DNA from: Paludibacteraceae bacterium
Lineage (GTDB): Bacteria > Bacteroidota > Bacteroidia > Bacteroidales > Paludibacteraceae
Direction: 5' to 3'
DNA: 64,000 nt
Assembly: GCA_016285885.1 (NCBI GenBank)
Contig: JAEERP010000003.1
Location: 127,510 to 191,509 of the forward strand
Part shown: positions 19,176 to 28,656 of the stretch, one piece after another
Layout: every line of letters starts with the position of its first letter
Position numbering within the stretch: the stretch's first letter is position 1
Notes under the pieces: generated by a model
The model's database searches: none
Told to the model about the DNA's origin: nothing
What the model saw: the letters and a program-made list of their open reading frames with translations, nothing else
Program-made: the position numbers and the translations under genes

Positions 19176-19985
19176 ATGGATTACAAGGTTTTAGTATTGG
19201 ATATCGACGGTACGTTGACCAACTCTAAGAAGGAGATCACCAAGGAGACTAAAAAGGCGCTGCACGAAGCGCAGGAGCATGGCGTGATCGTGGTCTTGGC
19301 TTCCGGTAGGCCTACGCCTGGCATCGTACCGATTGCGGATGAGATCGAATTGGACAAGTTCGGCGGCTATATCCTCTCCTTCAACGGAGCCGTCATCACC
19401 AATTACCAGACCAAAGAGGTGGTCTATGAGACCGTCCTGCCGATGGACGAGCTCTCGAAGCTCTACCAATCCTCCAAGGAGCATGGCGTGACCATCGTCA
19501 CCTACAAGGATGACTCCATCATCACGGAGAACGAAGAGGACCAGTACGTGGCCATCGAGGCGCGCATCAACAAGATGCCGGTGCGCAAGGTGGACAACTT
19601 CGTGGCGCAGATCACGAAACCCGTGACCAAATGCCTGATGGTGGGCGATGGCGATTACCTCGCCGAGGTGGAGCAGGACATGTGCAAGGAGTATGGAGAC
19701 CGCCTGAACGTCTACCGTTCCGAGCCTTTCTTCCTCGAAATCATGCCACAAAACATCGATAAGGCTTATTCATTAAGCAAATTATTGAATATCATAGGAT
19801 TAACAAAAGACGAAATGATCGCTTGCGGAGATGGTTTCAATGACCTTTCCATGATCAAATATGCAGGCTTGGGCGTCGCCATGGGCAATGCGCAAGAGGT
19901 GGTGAAGGAGTCCGCCAACTACGTGACCGCCACCAATGATGAGAACGGAGTAGCCAACGTCGTAAACGAATTCATTCTGTCATGA
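19176..19985 (+). CDS. Cof-type HAD-IIB family phosphatase
   Basis: 269 aa. LDIDGTL, ASGR, GDGFNDLSM. Confidence 0.9.
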   Translation: MDYKVLVLDIDGTLTNSKKEITKETKKALHEAQEHGVIVVLASGRPTPGIVPIADEIELDKFGGYILSFNGAVITNYQTKEVVYETVLPMDELSKLYQSSKEHGVTIVTYKDDSIITENEEDQYVAIEARINKMPVRKVDNFVAQITKPVTKCLMVGDGDYLAEVEQDMCKEYGDRLNVYRSEPFFLEIMPQNIDKAYSLSKLLNIIGLTKDEMIACGDGFNDLSMIKYAGLGVAMGNAQEVVKESANYVTATNDENGVANVVNEFILS

Positions 19986-20593
19986 AAGCGTATGTGAAGG
20001 CGTTCGTTTCGATCTCCGACAAGGAGGTTAAGCTGAATGGAGACAACCTCCCCATCCAGGTGGAGGAGGGTAAGCCATGGCTCACGAACATCTACTATTC
20101 CTTAGGCTTCCAATACCCTAAGTTCTTCAAGATGGACAACCTATGCAAGGCAGGTTTCCTGGGTGCGGAGCTGTTGATGGGTAAGTTGGGGCTCACCCCT
20201 GAGGAGCCTAAGCGCAATTGGTCCGTCGCACTGATGTCGCGCTCCGGTTCGCTGGATGATGACCAGACCTACCAGCAGACGATACAGTCCGCCGACAACT
20301 ACTTCCCAAGTCCCGCCGTCTTCGTCTATACCCTCTCCAATATCGTGACGGGGGAGATCGCCATCCGCCACAAAATCATGGGAGAATCCACCTGTTACGT
20401 GACGAAATCCTTCGAGCCTAAGACCGCCATTGCCCTCTCCGAGTGTGCTTTTTTGCCTGAGAAGGAGGTGGATCATCAGATCTTCGGGTGGTGTGACTAT
20501 TTGGACGGACAGCTCTCCGTCAAGATGTTCGCCCTCTCTTTGGACAGTGAGGGGGCTTTGAGGGAGTGGGAAACGAGTATATTTACTATTTAA
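19982..20593 (+). CDS. Short ketosynthase-like (thiolase-fold fragment) protein without a recognisable catalytic Cys
   Basis: 203 aa. ATGA overlap with the HAD stop. The PSPAVFVYTLSNIVTGEIAI segment resembles KS-like accessory proteins found next to ACP/KS cassettes. Assignment is tentative. Confidence 0.5.
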   Translation: MKAYVKAFVSISDKEVKLNGDNLPIQVEEGKPWLTNIYYSLGFQYPKFFKMDNLCKAGFLGAELLMGKLGLTPEEPKRNWSVALMSRSGSLDDDQTYQQTIQSADNYFPSPAVFVYTLSNIVTGEIAIRHKIMGESTCYVTKSFEPKTAIALSECAFLPEKEVDHQIFGWCDYLDGQLSVKMFALSLDSEGALREWETSIFTI

Positions 20594-20684
20594 CTATTTA
20601 CAATTTACTATTTTCCCATTCAGTCATTTACGATTTTCCTATTTCCCTATTTAGCTATTTATTGTTTGGCTATTTACTATTTGG
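20581..20684. repeat. Heptamer-periodic array, ATTTACN orientation, overlapping the last codons of the upstream CDS
   Basis: ATTTACTATTTAACTATTTACAATTTACTATTTTCCC...CTATTTAGCTATTTATTGTTTGGCTATTTACTATTT. Confidence 0.8.
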
Positions 20685-20740
20685 GGACGTTTGCCTGTGA
20701 GTTGAAAAGAGAAAGAAGCTTGGTGGGTCTGCACCGCAGC

Positions 20741-20785
20741 AATAGTAAATCGTAAATAGTCCAATCGTAAATATTTCTAAATATC
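20741..20785. repeat. Heptamer-periodic array, inverse orientation to the 20581 array
   Basis: AATAGTAAATCGTAAATAGTCCAATCGTAAATATTTCTAAATA. Confidence 0.75.
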
Positions 20786-20874
20786 CGATACGTAAAAGAA
20801 CGCTACCGTGGGGAAGGTTGCCTTTCCGTTTCTTTTTTTATATCTTTGTTGGCAAAATAAAAAGATGATTTGTA

Positions 20875-21150
20875 ATGAATGAATTGATATCCACTTTGAA
20901 AGAAGAGATCATCGAGGTGCTGAACCTCGAGGGTATGACACCTGATGGTATTGATGACAATGCGCCACTATTCAACGGGGGTGACCCTTCAGTGGCTGGT
21001 TTGGGCCTGGATTCCATCGATGCGCTTGAACTGATTGTCTTGATGGAAAGGAACTACGGCATCAAGTTGAAGAACGCAAGCGAAGGGAAAGAGATCTTCA
21101 AATCCGTCGCTACGATGGCGGACTATATCTCCAAGAACAGAACAAAATAA
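20875..21150 (+). CDS. Acyl carrier protein
   Basis: 91 aa. Phosphopantetheine site LGLDSIDALEL. Confidence 0.9.
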   Translation: MNELISTLKEEIIEVLNLEGMTPDGIDDNAPLFNGGDPSVAGLGLDSIDALELIVLMERNYGIKLKNASEGKEIFKSVATMADYISKNRTK

Positions 21151-21158
21151 TCTTTTGT

Positions 21159-22346
21159 ATGGGTAGTATCGTCGTAACCGGTATGGGCATCATCTGCGGC
21201 TTAGGCTGCGGGACGCAAACTGTTTATGACGCGCTCCGTGCGGGCAAACCCGCTATAGGCACTGTGCGCCACCTGCGCACGTCACACACGGAACTCCCGG
21301 TCAGCGAGGTGGCGATGAGCGACGAGGAGATGATCGAGATGCTTCGCCTGCCCTCCGACATGGTGGTGACCCGCACCCCGCTATTGGGCATGGTGGCCTT
21401 CCAACAGGCTGTGAAGCAGTCTGGCTTGACAGACGCTGTGCGCACCGCCTTCGTCAACGGAACGACCGTGGGGGGCATGGAGAAGAGTGAGCAGTACTAC
21501 CTGGAATTCTTCGAAGGAAAACATACGGAATATATCGCTGCGCACGACTGCGGGGCAGGCACGGAGCAGATCGGCCGCCTCTTCGGTCATCTGGATGCGA
21601 TGTATACCATTTCAACCGCCTGCTCCTCCGCCACCAACGCCCTTATCATGGGCGCTAACCTGATCAGAAGCGGCAAGGCGGACGCGGCGATCGTGGGCGG
21701 CACGGAGTCGCTCAGCAAGTTCCACCTGAATGGCTTCAACTCCCTGATGATACTGGATCATGAGCCCTGCAAACCATTCGACAAGAACCGCAACGGACTG
21801 AACCTGGGCGAGGGCGCCGCCTACCTGGTCATCGAGACCGCCGAGAGCGCACAAAAGCGGGGCGCGACCCCCTTGTGCGAACTGAGCGGATACGCCAACG
21901 CCTGCGACGCATATCACCAGACAGCCACCTCACCCGAGGGCGAAGGACCTTTCCTCGCCATGACCGGCGCCTTGAGCAAGGCCGGACTGAAACCCACCGA
22001 CATCGATTACATCAATGCGCACGGAACCGGTACGGGCAATAATGACCTGTGCGAAAGCGTGGCGATCAAGCGGGTCTTTGGCGACCATGTGCCACCATTC
22101 TCCTCCACGAAATCCTTCACGGGCCACACTACCAGCGCCGCCGGTGCGGTGGAGGCCGTCATATCGATCCTTTCCCTGACGAACGGATTCATCCCGGCGA
22201 ACCTCAACTTCTCTTCCGCGATCGAAGAGAGTGGTTTGACCCCCGTGACCAAAGGCGTGGGCGACGTGGAACTGCGTCATGTGATGAGCAATTCGTTCGG
22301 CTTCGGAGGCAACGACTCCTCCTGTATCTTCTCTAAAATCAGTTAA
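21159..22346 (+). CDS. Beta-ketoacyl-ACP synthase (KAS I/II type)
   Basis: 395 aa. Active-site ISTACSS, HGTGT and GHTTSAAG, ending FGFGGNDS. Confidence 0.9.
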   Translation: MGSIVVTGMGIICGLGCGTQTVYDALRAGKPAIGTVRHLRTSHTELPVSEVAMSDEEMIEMLRLPSDMVVTRTPLLGMVAFQQAVKQSGLTDAVRTAFVNGTTVGGMEKSEQYYLEFFEGKHTEYIAAHDCGAGTEQIGRLFGHLDAMYTISTACSSATNALIMGANLIRSGKADAAIVGGTESLSKFHLNGFNSLMILDHEPCKPFDKNRNGLNLGEGAAYLVIETAESAQKRGATPLCELSGYANACDAYHQTATSPEGEGPFLAMTGALSKAGLKPTDIDYINAHGTGTGNNDLCESVAIKRVFGDHVPPFSSTKSFTGHTTSAAGAVEAVISILSLTNGFIPANLNFSSAIEESGLTPVTKGVGDVELRHVMSNSFGFGGNDSSCIFSKIS

Positions 22347-22349
22347 GCC

Positions 22350-23402
22350 ATGGCAGTCTATATACAATCAGCGGCACAAATAACCATCCAATCGCCCTTG
22401 TGCGACGATTGGTTCACCTCCCCGATACGGAGGGAAGGACGTTATTTCCGCTCCGTGGAGCCCGATTTCAAGGCATTCATCGACCCGATGGCCTCCCGAC
22501 GGATGGGCAGACTGCTGAAACGGGCCATCGCCTCCGCCATGACCGCCCTCGACGGGTATGAGGCGCCGCTGGACGCGATCGTGACAGGGACAGGCTTGGG
22601 TTGCATAGAGACCACGGAGAAATTCCTCAACGCTATGTTGCGGGACGGTGAGCAGGCTTTGCCGCCCTCCTTCTTCATGCAATCCACACATAACACAATC
22701 GGTTCCGTCATCGCCCAAAGGCTGAAATGCCACGGCTATAACAACACGTTCACACACCGTGGCACCTCGTTCGACTGTGCCTTGCAGGATGCGCTTGCGC
22801 AATTCGAGCTGAACGACATATCCTCCGCCTTGGTCTGCGCCAACGACGAGATGACGGAGGCCTACTTCCAACTATTCGACCAAATCGGTTACTGGAAAGC
22901 CGAAAAGGTGACGGAAGCGATGTTCCATCACCCGACCACGGAGGGCAGTTTCGCCGGTGAGGTCTCCGCCGCTTTCCTTTTGAACACCCAACCCACCCAA
23001 CAGACGCTCTGCCGCATAGAGGGGTTGGAGGTGCTCTTCGAGCCTACGGACGAGCGGTTCCGGCAAGCCGTCGAGGCACTTCTCGGCAAGGCGGACATCT
23101 CACGTGAAGAGGTGGATGCGGTAGTCTGCGGATACAATGCGGACCGCACGAACGACGAGGTCTATACCCGTCGGCTAACGCCCCTCTTCCCGCAAACCAC
23201 CCAGATCTATTACAAGCACCTCTTCGGAGAGGGCTTCTCCGCCTCCGCCATGGGTTACTACGTGGCGGCGACCTGCCTGAAACGAGGCGAGATACCTGCC
23301 CACATCCTCTACAAGGAGGGAAAGGCGATCCGGCCGAAACATATATTAGTCTATAACCATTTCCAAGACAAGGATCATTCCATCGCACTACTATCATGCT
23401 GA
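22350..23402 (+). CDS. Ketosynthase-like partner lacking the active-site Cys (chain-length-factor-like)
   Basis: 350 aa and thiolase-like. MQSTHNT sits where the Cys motif is expected, and there is no HGTGT. Starts 3 nt after the KS stop. Confidence 0.7.
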   Translation: MAVYIQSAAQITIQSPLCDDWFTSPIRREGRYFRSVEPDFKAFIDPMASRRMGRLLKRAIASAMTALDGYEAPLDAIVTGTGLGCIETTEKFLNAMLRDGEQALPPSFFMQSTHNTIGSVIAQRLKCHGYNNTFTHRGTSFDCALQDALAQFELNDISSALVCANDEMTEAYFQLFDQIGYWKAEKVTEAMFHHPTTEGSFAGEVSAAFLLNTQPTQQTLCRIEGLEVLFEPTDERFRQAVEALLGKADISREEVDAVVCGYNADRTNDEVYTRRLTPLFPQTTQIYYKHLFGEGFSASAMGYYVAATCLKRGEIPAHILYKEGKAIRPKHILVYNHFQDKDHSIALLSC

Positions 23403-23749
23403 AGCTATTGTTACTATCCATCGTGCAGTCTTTCTGCTTGGCCATGGGACAGGTGTTCCTGAAATTCGCTGTGGCGAAGATGCATAAATTCGCCTTCACA
23501 TGGGAGTGGTTCAAGGAGGTGCTGACCAATTATTGGCTGGCCCTCACAGGCGTTTCGATGGGCCTTGCCACAGTTTTGTGGTTGTATATCTTGCGCCATT
23601 ACCCGCTGTCGGAGGCGCATCCGCTCACGTGCCTGAGCTTCATCTTCGCATTGCTCGCCTCCGCCTTCTTCCTGCACGAGTCGGTGCCCGTCACAAGGTG
23701 GATAGGCGTGGGCATCATCATGGTCGGTGTGTTTTTTGTGGCTAAATGA
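23396..23749 (+). CDS. Small 4-TM EamA/SMR-like membrane protein (ArnE/ArnF-like flippase subunit candidate)
   Basis: 117 aa with four hydrophobic segments. Overlaps both neighbouring genes. Confidence 0.6.
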   Translation: MLKLLLLSIVQSFCLAMGQVFLKFAVAKMHKFAFTWEWFKEVLTNYWLALTGVSMGLATVLWLYILRHYPLSEAHPLTCLSFIFALLASAFFLHESVPVTRWIGVGIIMVGVFFVAK

Positions 23750-24117
23750 TGAAAGAGATGTTTACCATAGAACCCTATGACACGAAGGAGGGAAACCTCT
23801 TCGGCCATACGCTTCGTTTCGACGAGACGCATGAAGTGTTCGCGGCGCATTTCCCCGGCAATCCGATCGTGCCAGGGGCGGTACTGGTGGATGTGATGCG
23901 TGCGGTCGCCACAGAGATTCTAGGCGTTGAGGCGCAGGTGGTGACGGTCAAGAACGCTAAGTTCATCACCGTGATCGTGCCTAAAAACGATGTGCTCCTG
24001 AAAATCACGACACGCTATACCCCTGCCGGAGAGGACTACCTGTTCAAGTCCGTCATAGCCGATGAGGAAAAGATATATGCCAAGTTCGATTTATTGGTGA
24101 AAGGGAAAGCCTTATGA
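23746..24117 (+). CDS. Hotdog-fold 3-hydroxyacyl-ACP dehydratase (FabA/FabZ-like)
   Basis: 123 aa. HFPGNPIVPGAVLVDVM. Confidence 0.8.
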   Translation: MMKEMFTIEPYDTKEGNLFGHTLRFDETHEVFAAHFPGNPIVPGAVLVDVMRAVATEILGVEAQVVTVKNAKFITVIVPKNDVLLKITTRYTPAGEDYLFKSVIADEEKIYAKFDLLVKGKAL

Positions 24118-24887
24118 CGGCGGAAGAGACCAAACAACTATTCGCTACGAAGCGCATTGGTGTATTGATACCCACCTACAACAACGAGAAGACCATTTCG
24201 CAAGTGGTGGCCTCCGTTGAGCCCTACTGCGAAACAGTGATCGTAGTGGACGATGGCTCCACCGACACGACCAAAAGCCTGTTAGACCAACTGCCGGAAA
24301 ATATACATGTAGTCTCCTATGCGAAGAACAGAGGGAAAGGCTATGCGTTGAGGAAGGGCTTCGAGAAGGCCATGGAGCTAGGGCTCTCCGCCGTGGTGAC
24401 CATGGATTCGGACGGGCAGCACTTCGCGAGTGACCTCCCTCTCTTTGCGGAAGCGTGTGCGGCCGCCCCCGATGCGTTGATTGTAGGCAGCCGTTCGTTC
24501 CTCAACCCTAACATGCCGCAGAAGAATAGCTTCGCCAATAAATTCTCCAACTTCTGGTTTACCGTGCAGACCGGCATCCGCCTGCCAGACACCCAGACCG
24601 GCTATCGGCTCTACCCGTTGCAAAGGATGAAAGGGATGAAACCCCTCTGCCACCGCTACGAGGCGGAACTGGAGCTCTTGGTGCGCAGCGCATGGCTGGC
24701 CATTCCGCTGAAGAGCATCTCCATCAACGTCTTCTATCCCTCCAAGGAGGAGCGGGTCACGCACTTCCGGCCTACGGTGGACTTCATTAGAATCAGCCTG
24801 TTGAACACCCTGCTTTGCCTGTTAGCGATCGTGTACGGCTACCCGTCCATGGCGCTCCGCAAGCTCTTCCGCAAATGCTTTAAATAA
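24114..24887 (+). CDS. GT2 polyprenyl-phosphate glycosyltransferase-like enzyme (DPM1/ArnC/GtrB type) with a C-terminal TM helix
   Basis: 257 aa. VLIPTYNNEKTI, VVDDGSTDTT, NRGKGYAL, DSDGQH. C-terminal hydrophobic LLNTLLCLLAIVYGY. Confidence 0.8.
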   Translation: MTAEETKQLFATKRIGVLIPTYNNEKTISQVVASVEPYCETVIVVDDGSTDTTKSLLDQLPENIHVVSYAKNRGKGYALRKGFEKAMELGLSAVVTMDSDGQHFASDLPLFAEACAAAPDALIVGSRSFLNPNMPQKNSFANKFSNFWFTVQTGIRLPDTQTGYRLYPLQRMKGMKPLCHRYEAELELLVRSAWLAIPLKSISINVFYPSKEERVTHFRPTVDFIRISLLNTLLCLLAIVYGYPSMALRKLFRKCFK

Positions 24888-24906
24888 ACCTATAAGCACA
24901 GCCCTG

Positions 24907-24992
24907 AAATAGTAAATTGTAAATAGCTAAATAGTAAATAATTACATCATAAATAGCCAAATAGTAAATCGTAAATAGCTAAATAGTAAATA
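24907..24992. repeat. Heptamer-periodic array (about 12 units) between convergent genes
   Basis: AAATAGTAAATTGTAAATAGCTAAATAGTAAATAATTACATCATAAATAGCCAAATAGTAAATCGTAAATAGCTAAATAGTAAATA. Confidence 0.8.
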
Positions 24993-25064
24993 TCGTGTTC
25001 TCCAAGCACAAAAAAGGCCAGCTCCTTGCGAAGCCAGCCTTGTTCGAAAAAATCGTATGATCGA

Positions 25065-25808
25065 TTAGAACGCCCAACCCAAGCGGAGGGAAGGAACAGC
25101 CTGAGGTTGGAAGTTCAAGCTGTGGACTTTCGTCTCTGTGGTTGTGGTTCTTCCGTCAGCCTCAACAGAAAGCTTCTTGTCAACCTGCATGTCAACACCA
25201 AGTTTCACCTCTGCGCCGATGAAGATATTCTTAGCGAAGTAGTAGTTGAAACCAGCGACAGCAGCCACGCCAAACGTGTTGAAGCCACCTTCGTTCTTCG
25301 TGATTGTCTTGTTGTTCTCAGACTCGTCGGTCACCTTTGTGGAATAGATTCCGAAACCGAGCTCACCACCGATGTAAGGCGCCAACTTGTTCGTTCCGTC
25401 GAACACGTAGTTGATGCCAGGGCAGATGGAGAAGAGAGAGATACGGTTCGTGCTCTTGTGCCAAGCGTCACCCTTCTCGTTATTGTCATTTACATCCTTG
25501 TGGATGCTAAGGCCGAAGCCCAATTTCAACTGGAGGTTGTCCGATATGACATACACGCCTCTCAAAAGACCACCTTGAAGGTTAACCAAACTACCATTGG
25601 TTCTTGTTCCTGCTTCCTCGTCAACAATTACACTATGGAAAGGCGCGAAGCCAACCTCCATCATGAAACTGCCCTCTTCTGGTTTGTAAGACTCTGAGGA
25701 AGCCGTTTGATTTGAACTGTTAGACTCACTGATAGAGTCAGAATCTGATTGCGCACTTGCTGCCATCGCCGATATCACCATCGCAACAGCTAAAAATAAC
25801 TTTTTCAT
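25065..25808 (-). CDS. Outer-membrane beta-barrel protein (OmpW / porin-family-like)
   Basis: Start moved to MKKLFLAVAMVISAMAASAQ (ATG at 25808). Alternating beta-strand pattern and terminal LRLGWAF. Confidence 0.8.
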   Translation of the reverse strand: MKKLFLAVAMVISAMAASAQSDSDSISESNSSNQTASSESYKPEEGSFMMEVGFAPFHSVIVDEEAGTRTNGSLVNLQGGLLRGVYVISDNLQLKLGFGLSIHKDVNDNNEKGDAWHKSTNRISLFSICPGINYVFDGTNKLAPYIGGELGFGIYSTKVTDESENNKTITKNEGGFNTFGVAAVAGFNYYFAKNIFIGAEVKLGVDMQVDKKLSVEADGRTTTTETKVHSLNFQPQAVPSLRLGWAF

Positions 25809-25965
25809 CGCAATAAATTTTAGGGATCCAAATAGTATTAGATTTTCTTTCAGGAAATGCGGATCCATTCATTTCCCAAAGAAAGTGTTCGCAAACATAG
25901 AGAAAAAAATCGAATAAATGACTATCTTCGCGGAGCAAAACAAATAAATATAATTTTTCAGAAGT

Positions 25966-28389
25966 ATGAAAGTCTTGAAATTTGGTGGAGCGTCCGTAGG
26001 CTCCATAAAAAACTTGCAGCAAGTCAAGAGGATTGTTGAGGGCGTTAACGAGCCCGTTGTGATTGTTGTTTCAGCTGTGGAGAATGTCACCGACATGTTG
26101 ATTGATACCACAATGTTAGCTGCGAAAGGAAATGCTTCATATACAGAGAAATTAGATACAATCATCACTACACATAACCAACTGATCGAAGGCCTGATGT
26201 CCGCTCCTCTCTGCGAGGAGGTGAAGAAGGAGGTCTCCACTCTCCATGAGGAGTTGCAGAACATCCTGAAGGGCGTCTACCTGATCAAGGACTTGACGGC
26301 TAAGACCGAGGACGTTATCCTCTCGTATGGCGAACGTATCTCCTCGCTCTTTATCAGTAAATTCCTGGGCGCTAAGTTCTTGGATTCACGTAACTTCATC
26401 AAGACCAATAACTCGCTCGGCAACGCAAACGTCGATTCCGAGCTGACCTATAAGCTGATCCGCGAGGAGTTCTCCTCCTCCAACGATAAACGTACCGTGA
26501 TCGCGGGCTTCATCGCGAGCGATGCGGAGACGTCCGACGTGACCACCCTGGGACGTGGCGGTTCGGACTGCACCGCAGCCTTGGTGGCAGCCGCTTTGGG
26601 CGCTTCTAAGATCGAGATATGGAACACGAACTATGGCTTCATGACGGCCGATCCTTCCGTGACCCGCAAGGCCTACAAGATCGACCACCTGAGCTACTCC
26701 GAGGCGATGGAGCTCTGTAACTTCGGCGCCACGGTGCTCTTCCCACCGTCCATCTATCCGGCTTATGTGGCGAACATCCCTATCCAGATCATGAACATCG
26801 AGGATCCTGAGGTTTGCGGCACGCTGATCTCAACGGACGTGAAGGACGAGAAGACCATCAAGGGTATCTCTTCCATCGAAGACTCCGCATTGGTGACCAT
26901 CCAAGGCATGGGCATGATGAACGTGCGCAACGTGAACGGTCGTATCTTCCTGACGTTAGACTACAACGGAATACATACCTTCTTCGTCTCCCAAGCCTCT
27001 TCCGGCAGCTCCATCTCCATCGGTGTGAAGACCGAGGATGCGGAGACCGTGACGGAGCTCCTCAGCGAGGAGTTCAACGAGGAGATGACGATGGGCGCCA
27101 TCAACTCCATCAACACGGAGAAGGACCTCTCCACCATCGCCATCGTGGGCGATAACATGAGGCAGGCGACGGGTACGGCAGGTAAGCTCTTCAATGCGCT
27201 GGGACGTAATAACATCAACATCATCGCGCTGGCGCAGGGTTCCGCCGAGACGAATATCTCCTGCGTGGTGAAACGCGCGGATCTGCGCAAGGCGTTGAAC
27301 TGTATCCACGAGTCTTTCTTCCTCTCCGAATACCAGCAACTGAACCTCTTCGTGGTCGGTACGGGTACGGTGGGCGGTAGCCTCTTGGAGCAATTGCACA
27401 CCCAAAAGGATCTGCTGATGAAGCAGAACAACCTGATGGTGAAGGTGATCGGTATCGCAGACGTGAGCAACTACATCCTGGACCGTGACGGCATAGACCT
27501 GACGCAATACCAGGAGTTGCTGAAGAGCGGCAAGACCTCCACGCCTGAGATCATCAAGCAGGCGCTGATCGATTTGAACATCTACAACTGCGTCTTCGTC
27601 GATTGCACGGCGAGCGGCGCGATCGCGAACATATACAAGGATCTTTTGTTGCATAACATCTCTGTCGTGGCGGCCAATAAGATCGCTGCTTCAGGTGATT
27701 ATGACAACTACATGGAGCTGAAGAACATCGCCCGCAAGCGTGGCATCAAGTACTTGTACGAGACCAACGTGGGCGCCGGTCTTCCAATCATCAACACAAT
27801 CAACGACTTGATCTTCAGTGGTGATAGGATCGTGAAGTTGGAGGCTGTCCTTTCCGGTACGCTGAACTTCATCTTCAACACGATCAGCAAGGATATTCCT
27901 TTGAGCAAGGCCATCCGCATGGCGATGGAGGCGCGTTTCGCCGAGCCTGACCCTCGTATCGACCTGAGCGGTAAGGACGTGATCCGTAAGCTGGTCATCC
28001 TGGCCCGTGAGTCGGGTATCCGTGTGGAGCAGGACGATGTGGAGAAGAACCTCTTCATCCCGAACGACTTCTTCGAGGGCTCGTTGGACGACTTCTGGAA
28101 GAAGGTGGAGGGCTACGACGCCGTGTTCGAGGAGAAACGCAAGGCTGTCGAGGCGGAGGGCAAACACTTCTGCTTTGTCGCCAAACTCGAGAACGGCAAG
28201 ACCAGCGTAGGCTTGCAGGCGGTGGGCCCATCTCACCCATTCTTCGATTTGAGGGGCAGCAACAACCTGATCATCATCAACACGGCGCGCTACCAGGATC
28301 CTATGATGATCCGTGGCTACGGCGCAGGTGCGGCGGTGACGGCTGCGGGTGTCTTCGCCGACATCATCAGCATCGCGAACATCCGATAA
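25966..28389 (+). CDS. thrA: Bifunctional aspartate kinase / homoserine dehydrogenase
   Basis: 807 aa. MKVLKFGGASVG kinase N-terminus, ACT region, VVGTGTVGG Rossmann motif and homoserine dehydrogenase C-terminus. Confidence 0.95.
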   Translation: MKVLKFGGASVGSIKNLQQVKRIVEGVNEPVVIVVSAVENVTDMLIDTTMLAAKGNASYTEKLDTIITTHNQLIEGLMSAPLCEEVKKEVSTLHEELQNILKGVYLIKDLTAKTEDVILSYGERISSLFISKFLGAKFLDSRNFIKTNNSLGNANVDSELTYKLIREEFSSSNDKRTVIAGFIASDAETSDVTTLGRGGSDCTAALVAAALGASKIEIWNTNYGFMTADPSVTRKAYKIDHLSYSEAMELCNFGATVLFPPSIYPAYVANIPIQIMNIEDPEVCGTLISTDVKDEKTIKGISSIEDSALVTIQGMGMMNVRNVNGRIFLTLDYNGIHTFFVSQASSGSSISIGVKTEDAETVTELLSEEFNEEMTMGAINSINTEKDLSTIAIVGDNMRQATGTAGKLFNALGRNNINIIALAQGSAETNISCVVKRADLRKALNCIHESFFLSEYQQLNLFVVGTGTVGGSLLEQLHTQKDLLMKQNNLMVKVIGIADVSNYILDRDGIDLTQYQELLKSGKTSTPEIIKQALIDLNIYNCVFVDCTASGAIANIYKDLLLHNISVVAANKIAASGDYDNYMELKNIARKRGIKYLYETNVGAGLPIINTINDLIFSGDRIVKLEAVLSGTLNFIFNTISKDIPLSKAIRMAMEARFAEPDPRIDLSGKDVIRKLVILARESGIRVEQDDVEKNLFIPNDFFEGSLDDFWKKVEGYDAVFEEKRKAVEAEGKHFCFVAKLENGKTSVGLQAVGPSHPFFDLRGSNNLIIINTARYQDPMMIRGYGAGAAVTAAGVFADIISIANIR

Positions 28390-28440
28390 GGTAGGTCCCC
28401 CTATAGAGACTATCGCTGAACTCTTTCAGCGTCAAAATAA

Positions 28441-28475
28441 TGGAGACGGTGTATATGCATCGTCTCTGTTTTTTT
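28441..28475 (+). terminator. Rho-independent terminator candidate after thrA
   Basis: GAGACG-N12-CGTCTC followed by TGTTTTTTT. Confidence 0.6.
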
Positions 28476-28656
28476 ATGAGCATATCCTCTCTGCCGTTTT
28501 TATGTTTTTTAGGCGAAAACCATTCATTTAATCGTTCAAAAACACGCTCTTTTTTTGCGTATGTCGGCGGAAAATGCTATATTTGTTCGCTTTATATTGG
28601 TGCATGTGCGAAACCATGAAAGCATAAAACTGAGAAGAATAAAAGTCATATAAAGT

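Noticed and set aside
14111-24992. Considered whether the short periodic arrays, or the 513-bp repeats at 58300-60108, are CRISPR arrays.
   Set aside because: The heptamer arrays have no unique spacers and a 7-nt period. The 513-bp repeats are in-frame coding sequence. There are no cas genes in the window.
25026-25697. A 223-aa plus-strand ORF.
   Set aside because: It is antisense to the outer-membrane beta-barrel gene, which has a clear signal peptide and a C-terminal aromatic residue.
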